NCBI GenBank assembly: GCA_965248575.1
Contig: CBDFJQ010000002.1
Span: 3,040,001 to 3,104,000, forward strand
Origin: Planctomycetota bacterium
GTDB taxonomy: Bacteria > Planctomycetota > B15-G4
Length of the DNA: 64,000 nucleotides
Direction of reading: 5' to 3'
The translations under genes and the position numbers were made by a program. The notes beneath the pieces are model-generated. The model saw only the letters and a program-made list of their open reading frames with translations. It did no database searches and was not told the DNA's origin. How positions within the stretch are numbered: position 1 is the stretch's first letter; each line of letters begins with the position of its first letter. This document shows, piece by piece, positions 28,899-38,101 of the stretch.

Positions 28899-31049
28899 GT
28901 GGTCGAGCTGTCTGAGAGAGCTGGAATCGAGGTTCCTACGAAGACGCCGCCGGACAAGGACAGCCCGCGCAAGAAGCGGTCCGCCAGGGAGCCATCCCAG
29001 GCGGACGACAGGGACGCAGCATCTTCCGACAAGGGGCGCAAGAAAGCCGGCTCCAACGGGACCCCTCCCAAGGGGCGCACCCCCAATGTGATCCTCGAGG
29101 ACCTCGACCGCCTCGAAGCGAGCCGCCGCAACATCAAGAAGGGCGAGGTGCCGACCGAGCTGCAAGGCACCGTGCGCGACCCGAAGATCCCGCGCAAGTT
29201 GGGCCGCTACGCCAGGCCCCATATTCCGCAGATGACCCTGGCCTTGGTCATGTCCGCGACCTCCGCCGTCTCCAAGGTGCTGGCGCTGTACGTGATCTCA
29301 GGCCTGCTGCGGCCCATGTTCGAGAACCTGGACGGCGCCCCCGCGGAGGCCTTGCGGAGGATGCTCTGGAGGTTCGCTGAGCTCGCTCAGCCCAGCGGCA
29401 AGTGGCTCGAGGGCCTACGGGACTTCAGCGCCGCGGCCCTGGGCCTGTTCTCGGCGGGCTGGAACGCCACGCTGCCCCTCACCCAGCTCAAGACAGCTGC
29501 GGTGATGATCGTGGTGCTGGTCGTTTTCGAGCAGGCCATCAAGTACGGCCAGAAGCTGCTCATGCGAGCCGTGGCACTCAACCTGGTGCAGGACATGCGC
29601 TGTGATCTGTTCGCCAAGATCATGAGCCTGTCCATGCGCTTCTTCCACGCGAACCACTCGAGCAAGCTGCTCGCGCGCATCACCAACGACCTGACGAAGC
29701 TGGGCAACCTGCTGGTGGACGTCATGGTCCACTGGTTCACGGATGTGTTCACGGTGATCGCGTCCATCATCTACATCTACGTCGAGGGCGGCTCAGCGGT
29801 GTTCCTGGGCCTGCTGCTGGCCTCGGTGTCCTTCGCGCCGGTGCAACAGCTGGGGCGCCGCATCCGCAACCGCGAGCAGAAGAACCACCGCAAGATGGCG
29901 GAGCTCTTCCACTCGGTGGCCGAGTCCTTCGGGGCCCAGAAGATCGTCAAGGCCTTCGGCGCCCAGGACTACGAGAAGCAGCGCTTCCGGGACGTGAACG
30001 CCACCTTCACCCATGGGCGCATGAAGTCGGCGGAGCTGGCGGCGCGGGCCGAACCCATGGTGGAGATCCTGGGCGTCATCGCCGTGGCCGCCTTCCTGTT
30101 CTACGGCGGACGCAGCGTCATTTCCGGCGACTGGGACGGGCCGGACTTCTTCACCGTGGTGGTGGCGTTGTTCACCTGCGTGAGCTCGCTGCGGCGGCTG
30201 GGTGACACGAGCAACAAGTTCCAGGGCGGCATGTCCTCCGCCGACCGCGTGGCGACGTTGCTCTTCTCCGAGCCCGAAATCATCGACGCCCCCGATGCAC
30301 GGCCCCTGGACATCTTCGAGCGTTCTATCGCCTTCGAGCACGTCACCTACTCTCACGAGGAGGGGCGCAAGGTCCTGGAGGACGTGAACTTCGAGCTCAT
30401 GAAGGGGCAGACCCTGGCCCTCGTGGGGCACACGGGTTCGGGCAAGTCCACCATCGGCGACATGCTGATGCGCTTCTACGACGTCGACGAGGGCGCCGTG
30501 CGCATCGATGGCGAAGACGTGCGCCGGCTGAAGCTCCAAACCATGCGTGACCAGATGGCCATGGTCACCCAGGAGACGGTGCTCTTCGAAGGCACCATCG
30601 CGTCCAACATCGCCTACGCCATGCCGCATGCCACCCGCGACGACATCGAGCGCGTCGCCAAGGCTGCCCACGCCCACGGCTTCATCATGAAGCAGCTGGA
30701 CGGCTACGACACCCGCGTCGGCGAGCGCGGCGCGACCCTCTCCGGCGGCGAGCGCCAGCGCATCGCCATCGCCCGGGCACTGCTGCGTGACAAGCCGATC
30801 CTGATCCTCGACGAAGCGACGTCGGCGCTCGACACCAAGTCGGAGCAGATCGTCCAGGAAGCCATCGAGCTGCTCAAACAGGGGCGGACCACGCTGATCA
30901 TCGCGCACCGCCTGTCCACCATCCGCGAGGCCGACCAGATCCTGGTGCTCGAACAGGGCCGCATCGTGGAGCGCGGCACCCACGACGAGCTCATGGCTCA
31001 GGCGGGCATCTACGAGGGCATGGTGAGGTTGCAGAGCACCGACGGGTAG
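28899..31049 (+). CDS. ABC exporter, fused permease/ATPase (MsbA-like)
   Basis: TM domain, GHTGSGKST, VTQET, LSGGERQRIAIAR, ILILDEATSALD and IAHRLST. Start uncertain because of a long charged N-terminus. Confidence 0.92.
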   Translation: MVELSERAGIEVPTKTPPDKDSPRKKRSAREPSQADDRDAASSDKGRKKAGSNGTPPKGRTPNVILEDLDRLEASRRNIKKGEVPTELQGTVRDPKIPRKLGRYARPHIPQMTLALVMSATSAVSKVLALYVISGLLRPMFENLDGAPAEALRRMLWRFAELAQPSGKWLEGLRDFSAAALGLFSAGWNATLPLTQLKTAAVMIVVLVVFEQAIKYGQKLLMRAVALNLVQDMRCDLFAKIMSLSMRFFHANHSSKLLARITNDLTKLGNLLVDVMVHWFTDVFTVIASIIYIYVEGGSAVFLGLLLASVSFAPVQQLGRRIRNREQKNHRKMAELFHSVAESFGAQKIVKAFGAQDYEKQRFRDVNATFTHGRMKSAELAARAEPMVEILGVIAVAAFLFYGGRSVISGDWDGPDFFTVVVALFTCVSSLRRLGDTSNKFQGGMSSADRVATLLFSEPEIIDAPDARPLDIFERSIAFEHVTYSHEEGRKVLEDVNFELMKGQTLALVGHTGSGKSTIGDMLMRFYDVDEGAVRIDGEDVRRLKLQTMRDQMAMVTQETVLFEGTIASNIAYAMPHATRDDIERVAKAAHAHGFIMKQLDGYDTRVGERGATLSGGERQRIAIARALLRDKPILILDEATSALDTKSEQIVQEAIELLKQGRTTLIIAHRLSTIREADQILVLEQGRIVERGTHDELMAQAGIYEGMVRLQSTDG

Positions 31050-31096
31050 ATCCTGCGTGAACTGCCCGCGGCACCCGGCCGCCAGCTCTACCCGCG

Positions 31097-31858
31097 TCAG
31101 CCGGGCTTCACGGCCTTGAAGATCTGCACGTCGCCCTTCACGTTGCGGAACAGGCTGCGCAGGCCGGGCAGGTTCAGCACCGTGTCCCGGCTTGGCACCG
31201 CGATGTAGGGGTAGGTGTCGAAGGCATCGATGCGGAAGCCCACCCCGCTCAGCAGCGCGCGCAGCTCGTGCACGGTGTAGATCTTGATGTGCAGCGTCGG
31301 TGCCGAGTAGGTCTTCTTGATCTCGGCCAGGGCCTTGCGCTGCACGGAGCCCGCCTCGAGCCATTCGTTGAGGCGCTTCAGCCCCTTGCGCTGCATCAGG
31401 AAGGCATCGTTGTCGGTGTCGACGATCAAGCGCCCGCCGGGGCGCAGGATCCGGAACACCTCTTGGATCATCGTCCGGCCAGGAGCTTCGGCCAGATGCT
31501 CGATGATGTCGTTGAGCAGCACCACGTCGAAGCTGGCATCCGGGAAGGGCACGCAGGTGGCATCACCGCGCAGGAACGGGATGCCCTGCTGCTGTTGCTG
31601 GGCGATCTTGAGGGCGGCCTCCGAGAAGTCCAGACCCACCACTTTGCCGCCACGACTGCGGGCCAAACCGCCGAAGAAGCCGACCCCACAGCCCAGGTCC
31701 AGCACGTCCAGGCCATCCACCTCGCCCATGAAGCGCTGCACGTTGGCCACGCGCTGGCTGTAGACAGGGCTGTTGTAGCGAGCCAGATGCCCTTCGAAGT
31801 AATGGGAGTCGTAGTGACTCTCATCGAAGAGATCTTTGTCTTGTTCGAGAATGGTCAT
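31097..31858 (-). CDS. Class I SAM-dependent methyltransferase
   Basis: VLDLGCGVG, GLDFS, PFPDASFDVVLLNDIIEHL and ILRPGG. Confidence 0.92.
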   Translation of the reverse strand: MTILEQDKDLFDESHYDSHYFEGHLARYNSPVYSQRVANVQRFMGEVDGLDVLDLGCGVGFFGGLARSRGGKVVGLDFSEAALKIAQQQQQGIPFLRGDATCVPFPDASFDVVLLNDIIEHLAEAPGRTMIQEVFRILRPGGRLIVDTDNDAFLMQRKGLKRLNEWLEAGSVQRKALAEIKKTYSAPTLHIKIYTVHELRALLSGVGFRIDAFDTYPYIAVPSRDTVLNLPGLRSLFRNVKGDVQIFKAVKPG

Positions 31859-31940
31859 GGCGCGGCCCGGTGAGTGAAACGCTGCCGAAGGCTAGCAGAT
31901 GATCGGCCCCTCGGCTCCCCGCTGACCCGCAGTCAGACCC

Positions 31941-33359
31941 TTAGCCGGAGAGGCGGTCGAGCAAGCTGCGCACGGCCTCGACATCCGGCAGCTCCTCCGG
32001 AGGCTCTACCGGACACAAGCCAGCGGCTGACGCGAGGGCGTGCACCACGAGCCCGGCCTGGCGCCGCTCTCGTCGGCTGGCGTTGGGAGAGATCCAGGTC
32101 TCCAGCAGGGAGAAGTCCCGACGCACGGCGGCCGCCACGCTGCGATCCCCGAGACGCAAGAGCATCGCCGCCGCCAGAAGGCGCGTGGCACCATCCTGGC
32201 TGAAGAGCTCCGAGCGGTAGCGGGATTCCAGGCCGTCCAGCACATCCATGTCGTCGAAGGTGAGGTTCTTGGGCGGCTCGATACGCCACGTGGGGTCGCC
32301 GTAGAGCAGATGGTCGGCCCACAGCAACCGATCCTCACCGTAGCGCTCCGCCACCGACTGCCGCGCCCGCTCCATGGCGGCGCCGATGGTGTCGCCGGCA
32401 CCCAGGCTGCGATGGAAGCTGCGCGCGAAGTTTCGCGCCACCTCATCGCGCACCTCCCACAGGGTGCCCACCACATGACGCACTCCGGCCAGCAACAGCG
32501 CAGAAGCCACGCCCGCCGCGCCTTCCGGCCCCGCGAGGCCGCGGCCGGCACCCGTGCCGGCACCGGTCGCCCGGCTCTCATCCGCCGAGCTGCAGGCGTT
32601 CAGGAAGACCAAGCCCGGCATGTTCACGCGACCCGCCACCTGCTCGATGAGGCTGGCGGTCAAGGCTCCATCTGCGAGGCGCAGCTGCGCCTCGCCCGTC
32701 TGCGCGTCGTAGTCCGCGTGCCCCGCGTAGTGCAGGACATCGAAGCGTGGCAACTCATCCCGGATGGTCCGCAACGTGACCCGCCCGGTGAGCGTGGTGA
32801 CGGGCCCGATCGCCGGAGAATCTTCCAGGATGCGCTCCACCTCGCGCGCCTCCTCCTGTGCTGCCGGAAGATCCCCGGAGGGGTCCGCCACGATCAGCAC
32901 CGAGAGCGGAGGCGACATCTGGCGTTGCATGGGAGGCGAGGCCTCGGCATCCATGCTGACGAGGCGCCCCATACGGAAGCGCCGGCCGAGAAAGTCGTCG
33001 CCGTCGTGCAGCAGTTCCCAGGGGATGCTCACCAAGGGCTTGTCCAGGTGCAGCAAGAGGTTGGGCCCGCGCGCTTCCTGCAGCTTCTCCTTCAAGAAGC
33101 TCGGCAGCAGGTCGACATAGATGGCTCGCCCCGCTTCCACCAGCTCGTCCAGCAAGCCCGTCTGCCCGGCGTTGGCACGCGACAGGATGGCCAGGATCTC
33201 CTGGGCACGATCCGCCACCAGAGCGGAGTGGAAGGGGCAGGTGCGCGAGGTCTTGATGGTGCTCTCGAGCGCCGAGCCCTCCTTGAAGGGCGTCACCCGG
33301 ATGCTGTTCTCCGATTGCCAGAGAACCTGCAGCGTCACCTTGGGTTCACGTACGGGCAT
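31941..33359 (-). CDS. CHAT domain (caspase-like) protease
   Basis: IPWELLHDG, VLIVADPSGDLPAAQEE, VLHYAGHA (His), VFLNACSS (Cys), VVGTLWEV and LLYGDP. Confidence 0.9.
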   Translation of the reverse strand: MPVREPKVTLQVLWQSENSIRVTPFKEGSALESTIKTSRTCPFHSALVADRAQEILAILSRANAGQTGLLDELVEAGRAIYVDLLPSFLKEKLQEARGPNLLLHLDKPLVSIPWELLHDGDDFLGRRFRMGRLVSMDAEASPPMQRQMSPPLSVLIVADPSGDLPAAQEEAREVERILEDSPAIGPVTTLTGRVTLRTIRDELPRFDVLHYAGHADYDAQTGEAQLRLADGALTASLIEQVAGRVNMPGLVFLNACSSADESRATGAGTGAGRGLAGPEGAAGVASALLLAGVRHVVGTLWEVRDEVARNFARSFHRSLGAGDTIGAAMERARQSVAERYGEDRLLWADHLLYGDPTWRIEPPKNLTFDDMDVLDGLESRYRSELFSQDGATRLLAAAMLLRLGDRSVAAAVRRDFSLLETWISPNASRRERRQAGLVVHALASAAGLCPVEPPEELPDVEAVRSLLDRLSG

Positions 33360-33386
33360 CAGCGACCGGACCAGCGGGCCTTCGGG

Positions 33387-35006
33387 TCAGGGGATCACGG
33401 CGAACAGCGGCGAGCCGGTCGCACTCACACCCTCAATGCGCTCCACGGCACCGGTCTCGACGAAGACACGATGCACAAGGCCACTGGAAGCGCCCAGCAT
33501 CAAGACCACCTCCGGACCGGCAGCCAACAGTCGCTTGGCCTCCGGCATCATGCTCAACCAGGGGCTCAAGCCACGCCCGGCATCCCAGACCTCCAGGCGC
33601 CAGGTGGGTTGTCCGGCCCCGGTCTCATCCGCCACCAGGACGGCGGCGCCGCCGGGAATCGGCGCGGCATCCAAGATGCGGCCCGGGCCCTCCAAGCGAT
33701 CGGCGATGGCCGGCACGCCATCCTCCACGACCACCAGCATGTTCGCCGTTTCGACGGATTCGGCCGAGGGGATCACCAGCAGCCGGCCGTCACCCAGGCT
33801 CAGCAGCCGCACCGGATCCAGCTCCAGCTCGAAAGACGTCAGCCAGCCCGTGTCGAGGTCCAGGACCGTCAAGCTGCCTGGCCGGCCATCGGCCCGCCGG
33901 CTGGCCACGTAGAGGTGACGCCCCTCCAAGACCATGTCGGCCAGGGACTGATCGCCCGGCAGCCCTGCGCTGAACATGCTGTGGGATGTGCCCCCGAGCA
34001 TGTCGATCTGCCGCACCAGCAGATCGTCCTCGGCGACGAAGGCCGTGAAGCCGTCGTGCGCGATGGCCCAGCGCCTGCCCGACATGACTTCCGCCATGGG
34101 GTCCAGGCTCAGGTCTTCCCGTCCGTCCAGGAAGGACACGCGGCCGGGTGGCGCGAAGGGTGAACCCTCGGGGCGAACCACCGCGAAGGCAGGTCCCGTG
34201 GACGCCGCGTGCGCCAGATCGTTGCTGTCGGGGTCGAGGTGCGTGACGGCGAAGGGGCTACCGCCCCAGTTCCTGGCCGACCAGCTCTCGAGCTGACCGC
34301 CATCGCGCAGCAGGTACCCCAGGAAACCGTCCCGGGAAAACGCTGCGGCCAAGAGCCCGCCCGCGCCAGGAATCGGCGGATGCAGCAGCGAGCCGTCGCG
34401 CAAGTCGATGCGAACCACGTGGTTCTCACCAGGCAGCAGCAAGGTCGGCGGTTGCACCATGAGGGAGAGTGGCTTCGAGACCCGGCCCTCCGTGTCCTTG
34501 AAGACGAGGTCGAGGCTGCGCTCGACATCCAGCGGATCGTCGAGCTCGATCACCAGCGTCACGCGGCCCCATTCGTCGCTCACCGTGCGACGTTGCAGCA
34601 TCTCCAACGTCTCGTCCGGATGCGGCACGAACAGCTGAAGGTTGTCGAGAACTTCCACGACCGAGGGCGGAGCCACCGTCGGCGAGGCCAGCAACACCTC
34701 CACGGGCGAGGACGGCCAGAAGCCCTCCGCCACGATGCGTAGCACGCCGCCCGCCTCGGGGAAGGAGTGGTGCACCGCCAAGCCCTGGCCCGTCGCACCC
34801 CGGCTCTCTAGCCCAGCCGGCAACTGAGCCGATGCGCCTGACGCCAATCCCATCACCAGGCCCATCACCAGGACCATCCAGAGGCCCGAAGAGAACCCCA
34901 CGGGGAGGCCCAACCCAAGGACGGGGGCCGGTGGGCTCCATCTCGGATCCTGGCGCCCTCGAGAGGGGCTCGACCGGTGGGCGTCCGCGTGGTTCAGGGC
35001 ATGCAT
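33387..35006 (-). CDS. Exported YncE-like beta-propeller protein
   Basis: Hydrophobic segment ending ASGASAQ; blade-like repeats (VVRIDLRDG, AAAFSRDG, LYVAS...LTVLDLDTG). Start uncertain (35096, 35006 or 34877). Confidence 0.6.
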   Translation of the reverse strand: MHALNHADAHRSSPSRGRQDPRWSPPAPVLGLGLPVGFSSGLWMVLVMGLVMGLASGASAQLPAGLESRGATGQGLAVHHSFPEAGGVLRIVAEGFWPSSPVEVLLASPTVAPPSVVEVLDNLQLFVPHPDETLEMLQRRTVSDEWGRVTLVIELDDPLDVERSLDLVFKDTEGRVSKPLSLMVQPPTLLLPGENHVVRIDLRDGSLLHPPIPGAGGLLAAAFSRDGFLGYLLRDGGQLESWSARNWGGSPFAVTHLDPDSNDLAHAASTGPAFAVVRPEGSPFAPPGRVSFLDGREDLSLDPMAEVMSGRRWAIAHDGFTAFVAEDDLLVRQIDMLGGTSHSMFSAGLPGDQSLADMVLEGRHLYVASRRADGRPGSLTVLDLDTGWLTSFELELDPVRLLSLGDGRLLVIPSAESVETANMLVVVEDGVPAIADRLEGPGRILDAAPIPGGAAVLVADETGAGQPTWRLEVWDAGRGLSPWLSMMPEAKRLLAAGPEVVLMLGASSGLVHRVFVETGAVERIEGVSATGSPLFAVIP

Positions 35007-35102
35007 GCGCTGGAGAATACCTTGCTCGGGCTGCGACTGTGGGATCGGAGAGATGGCCCGACCAAGGCGAGGACGGCCAGTGAGGCCGGGCATCACGCCC
35101 CC

Positions 35103-36725
35103 CTATCGGCCATTCGACGCCGGAGCCTGACCGAAGCGGACAGGCTGTTCCGGGTGCATGGAGGCCGCACGGGTGAGCAAGGTGACCAAATTGGCCACTT
35201 TGAGCACCTTCCGGATATCGATCTTGTCCACCGTGTCCGTGGGCTTGTGGTAGTCCTCGTGCTCACCCGCAAAAAAGAAGATCACGGGGATTCCGGCGTT
35301 CGAGAAGTTCACGTGGTCGGAGCGGTAGTAGTAGTCGTCCACCCGACGCCGCAGGTCGCCCAGGCCCTGCTCCCACTCGAGCTTGATGCCGGCCTCGGGG
35401 GCGAGGCTCTCCGCCAGGCTGACGAGGCTGTTGTACTCGGGGTGCGTGGGCGAGGGGGTCGCGCCGATGGTGCCCGACTCGTTTCGGCCCACCATGTCGA
35501 TGTTGATGTTGGCGACGACCTTCCCGATGTCGACCGTGGGGTTGTCGACCCACCACTCCGAACCGAGCAGCCCCTTCTCCTCGCCGGTGACGCCCAGAAC
35601 CAGCACGCTGCGACCGAGGAGCCTGGGGTCCCGCGCCAAGGCCTGGGCGACCATCAGCACCGTGGTGGTCCCGGTCGCATTGTCGTCGGCACCGTTGTAG
35701 ATGTTGCCGGCATCATCGATGCCCACGTGATCCATGTGCGCCGACAGCACGATCATCTCGTCGGCCAGGTCCGGGTTGGAGCCCCGCAGCAAGCCCACGG
35801 TGTTGGAGCTCGAAAGCTCGGTGGCCGTGACCGGTGCAGCCAAGGAGAGGCTCACTCCGTCCAGGGGGAAGCCCCCTTGGCCAGCCGTCACGGCACGCGC
35901 TTCGTAGGCGGCGTCAAAGTCCTTCCCAGCAGCGCTGAAGATCTGAGCGGCGGCGGCGGGCTCCAGGTAGAGCCGAGGGAAGGGCTGGGCCATCTGTTCT
36001 GCGCCGCCCAAGGTCATCGACTCACCGCGCATGCGCGCCTTGGCGAAACGAAACCACTGGTCGGCCCGAGGATCGTCGGGGGCATTGATGAGGATCATGC
36101 CCACCGCACCCAGGGTCTTGGCGCGGGCCTGCTTGGCGCGCCAGTTGGAGGCGACGATGAGCGTGGGCTCCGTCTCTTCCAGAGTGGGTGCGCCACCGAA
36201 GACCATGACCAACTTGCCGCTCACATCGAGACCGGCGAAATCGTTCACGCCCGTCGTCTCGTCGTAGAGACCGTGGCCGGCGAACACCACGTCCGCCTGC
36301 ACTTCGTAACCGGCGCCACCGTATCCGCGCACCGCGTAATCATCGTCGGGTGCGAAAGCCTTCACGAGATCCTCGCCCTGCATGAGATCAAAACGCAGGG
36401 CGTCCACGTCGAGGCTCGTAAGCATCAAGGGGTAGGTCTGGATGAAGGTGCCGTTGTCACCCGCGGGCTCGAAGCCGTACATCCGCAGCTGGGCCGCAAC
36501 GTACTGCGCGGTGATCTCAGCCTGGACCGTGGCCGTGTCACGCCCTCCCATGGCATCGGACGCCAGGAAACTGAGGTGGGCTTGGAGTTGGCGCAGCGCT
36601 GCATCCTCGGCGGCGCTCGTGGTCGAGGCCGCGGGGAAGCTGGCGTACTGTTCGAGATCGTTCTGTTGCGCCGAGGCGGGCAGCGCGACAAGCAGGAGCG
36701 TGGGGAGGATGAGAAGGGCGCGCAA
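35103..36725 (-). CDS. M28 family peptidase with PA domain, exported
   Basis: HLSFLASDAMGGR, SAHMDHVG, NGADDNATG, GEEKGLLGS, NIDMVG, RSDH and DYHKPTD. Confidence 0.93.
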   Translation of the reverse strand: MRALLILPTLLLVALPASAQQNDLEQYASFPAASTTSAAEDAALRQLQAHLSFLASDAMGGRDTATVQAEITAQYVAAQLRMYGFEPAGDNGTFIQTYPLMLTSLDVDALRFDLMQGEDLVKAFAPDDDYAVRGYGGAGYEVQADVVFAGHGLYDETTGVNDFAGLDVSGKLVMVFGGAPTLEETEPTLIVASNWRAKQARAKTLGAVGMILINAPDDPRADQWFRFAKARMRGESMTLGGAEQMAQPFPRLYLEPAAAAQIFSAAGKDFDAAYEARAVTAGQGGFPLDGVSLSLAAPVTATELSSSNTVGLLRGSNPDLADEMIVLSAHMDHVGIDDAGNIYNGADDNATGTTTVLMVAQALARDPRLLGRSVLVLGVTGEEKGLLGSEWWVDNPTVDIGKVVANINIDMVGRNESGTIGATPSPTHPEYNSLVSLAESLAPEAGIKLEWEQGLGDLRRRVDDYYYRSDHVNFSNAGIPVIFFFAGEHEDYHKPTDTVDKIDIRKVLKVANLVTLLTRAASMHPEQPVRFGQAPASNGR

Positions 36726-36757
36726 GAGTCACTCCTGATGATGAATGTGCGGGAGGT

Positions 36758-38026
36758 TCAGCCGTCGGCGATCTCGAGTCGCTTCACACGGCCGCCCGCA
36801 ATGTACATGAGAGCGTCCTCCTGCCCGACGAACACGGGGCCCTGGCCGGAGCGCCCGCCCTGCCGGTGGGCAACATGGATGGCAGCCCGATCTGGTTCCT
36901 CGAAGGCCATGAGGTAGAGATCCTCCATGGGAGCCTCCGGGCTGCGCTCGTCAAACTCCGACTGGACGTAGACCAGCAGCAGGTCGTCGCGGGAGACCGC
37001 CGGGGCGTAGTGGTGGACGTAGCCCCCACCAAAACTCCAGCGACCACCGCCCGAGAGGTGGGTCTGGAAGATCTGGAGATACCCATGCTGGTCGCGCTGG
37101 GGCGCCACGAGGACGGCGGCTGGCCCGGCCTCAGAGGGCATCTCCCGTAAGCCCACCGCGAAGGGCAGCCGCTCGTGATGCCCCAGGTTGCCCTCGGCCA
37201 TGAAGCGCAAGGTCCCGGACTCCAGCTCCAGGCGCCACAGTCCTTTCACCTTTCCGTCTACGATCAGGGCGTCCCCGCTGGGCGAGAACACGGCCCTTGG
37301 CCCCACACAACCCGTGGCAATCCGGCGCGAGGCGGGTCCGTCGGAGCCGAAGCTCCAAGCCTCCCAGCCTTGGGTCCCCAGGAACGCGACGGCCCGCCGC
37401 GAGCTGCTGAGCAGGATCTGCTCCAGCTCGAGGCCGCCCTGGGGCCTGGCCTCCCGCTCGTCGGTCTGCAGCAACGCCCAACCGTGCCCCCCGCCGTTGG
37501 CAGACAACTCCTTGGGCGCGCTCTGGGCTTGGTCGGCTCCCTGGGAACTGTGGTGGATGATGAGACGCGGACCGGCCGGTGATGCCCAAAGCAAGACGGG
37601 CTCGTCCGCGGCGTCGACTCCCACGAGGGTCAGGCGATCCACCGAGAGGGACTTGGGCGCCACGGCTGGCGGCTGAGGGCCGTCCCCCGTCGGGTCTCTC
37701 GGCAACTCAAGCTTGCGCAAGTAGGCGCCATCCTGGAGGCACACCAGACCGTTCTCGTGCAGCGCGTGAACGATGCCCTCGGAATCGATGACAGGCCAGC
37801 CACGCAGCCCGTCGGGCAGGGCGAAGGTCGACCTGGGATCCTTGGCCGAGGCCGGCACAACTCTCCAGTGCCCGGCCGCATCACCCACGATGGCGAACTC
37901 CGCGCCCTCACGGGTGAGGATTCGAGTTCCCGGACCGAGATCCAAGACCCGCACAGGGGAGCGGGTGAGCCACCACGCCACACTCAGCAGGAAAGCCACA
38001 GCGAGAATTGTCAGCAGTCGGCGCAT
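36758..38026 (-). CDS. Membrane-anchored hypothetical protein with TolB/WD40-like repeats
   Basis: ATG 38026, N-terminal TM MRRLLTILAVAFLLSVAWWL; propeller-like AVFSPSGDALIV and APAVSRDDLLLVYV. Confidence 0.6.
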   Translation of the reverse strand: MRRLLTILAVAFLLSVAWWLTRSPVRVLDLGPGTRILTREGAEFAIVGDAAGHWRVVPASAKDPRSTFALPDGLRGWPVIDSEGIVHALHENGLVCLQDGAYLRKLELPRDPTGDGPQPPAVAPKSLSVDRLTLVGVDAADEPVLLWASPAGPRLIIHHSSQGADQAQSAPKELSANGGGHGWALLQTDEREARPQGGLELEQILLSSSRRAVAFLGTQGWEAWSFGSDGPASRRIATGCVGPRAVFSPSGDALIVDGKVKGLWRLELESGTLRFMAEGNLGHHERLPFAVGLREMPSEAGPAAVLVAPQRDQHGYLQIFQTHLSGGGRWSFGGGYVHHYAPAVSRDDLLLVYVQSEFDERSPEAPMEDLYLMAFEEPDRAAIHVAHRQGGRSGQGPVFVGQEDALMYIAGGRVKRLEIADG

Positions 38027-38101
38027 GCCATCTTTTCTGTCGGTCGAAAGGCGTGTCTGGGTGCCCGACCTTCCAACGTAGCGTTTGCTAGCCTCTGCCG
38101 G

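Noticed and set aside
34850..34880. 12-nt repeat CCCATCACCAGG
   Set aside because: Encodes LVMGLVMG in a hydrophobic signal segment; ordinary coding low complexity.
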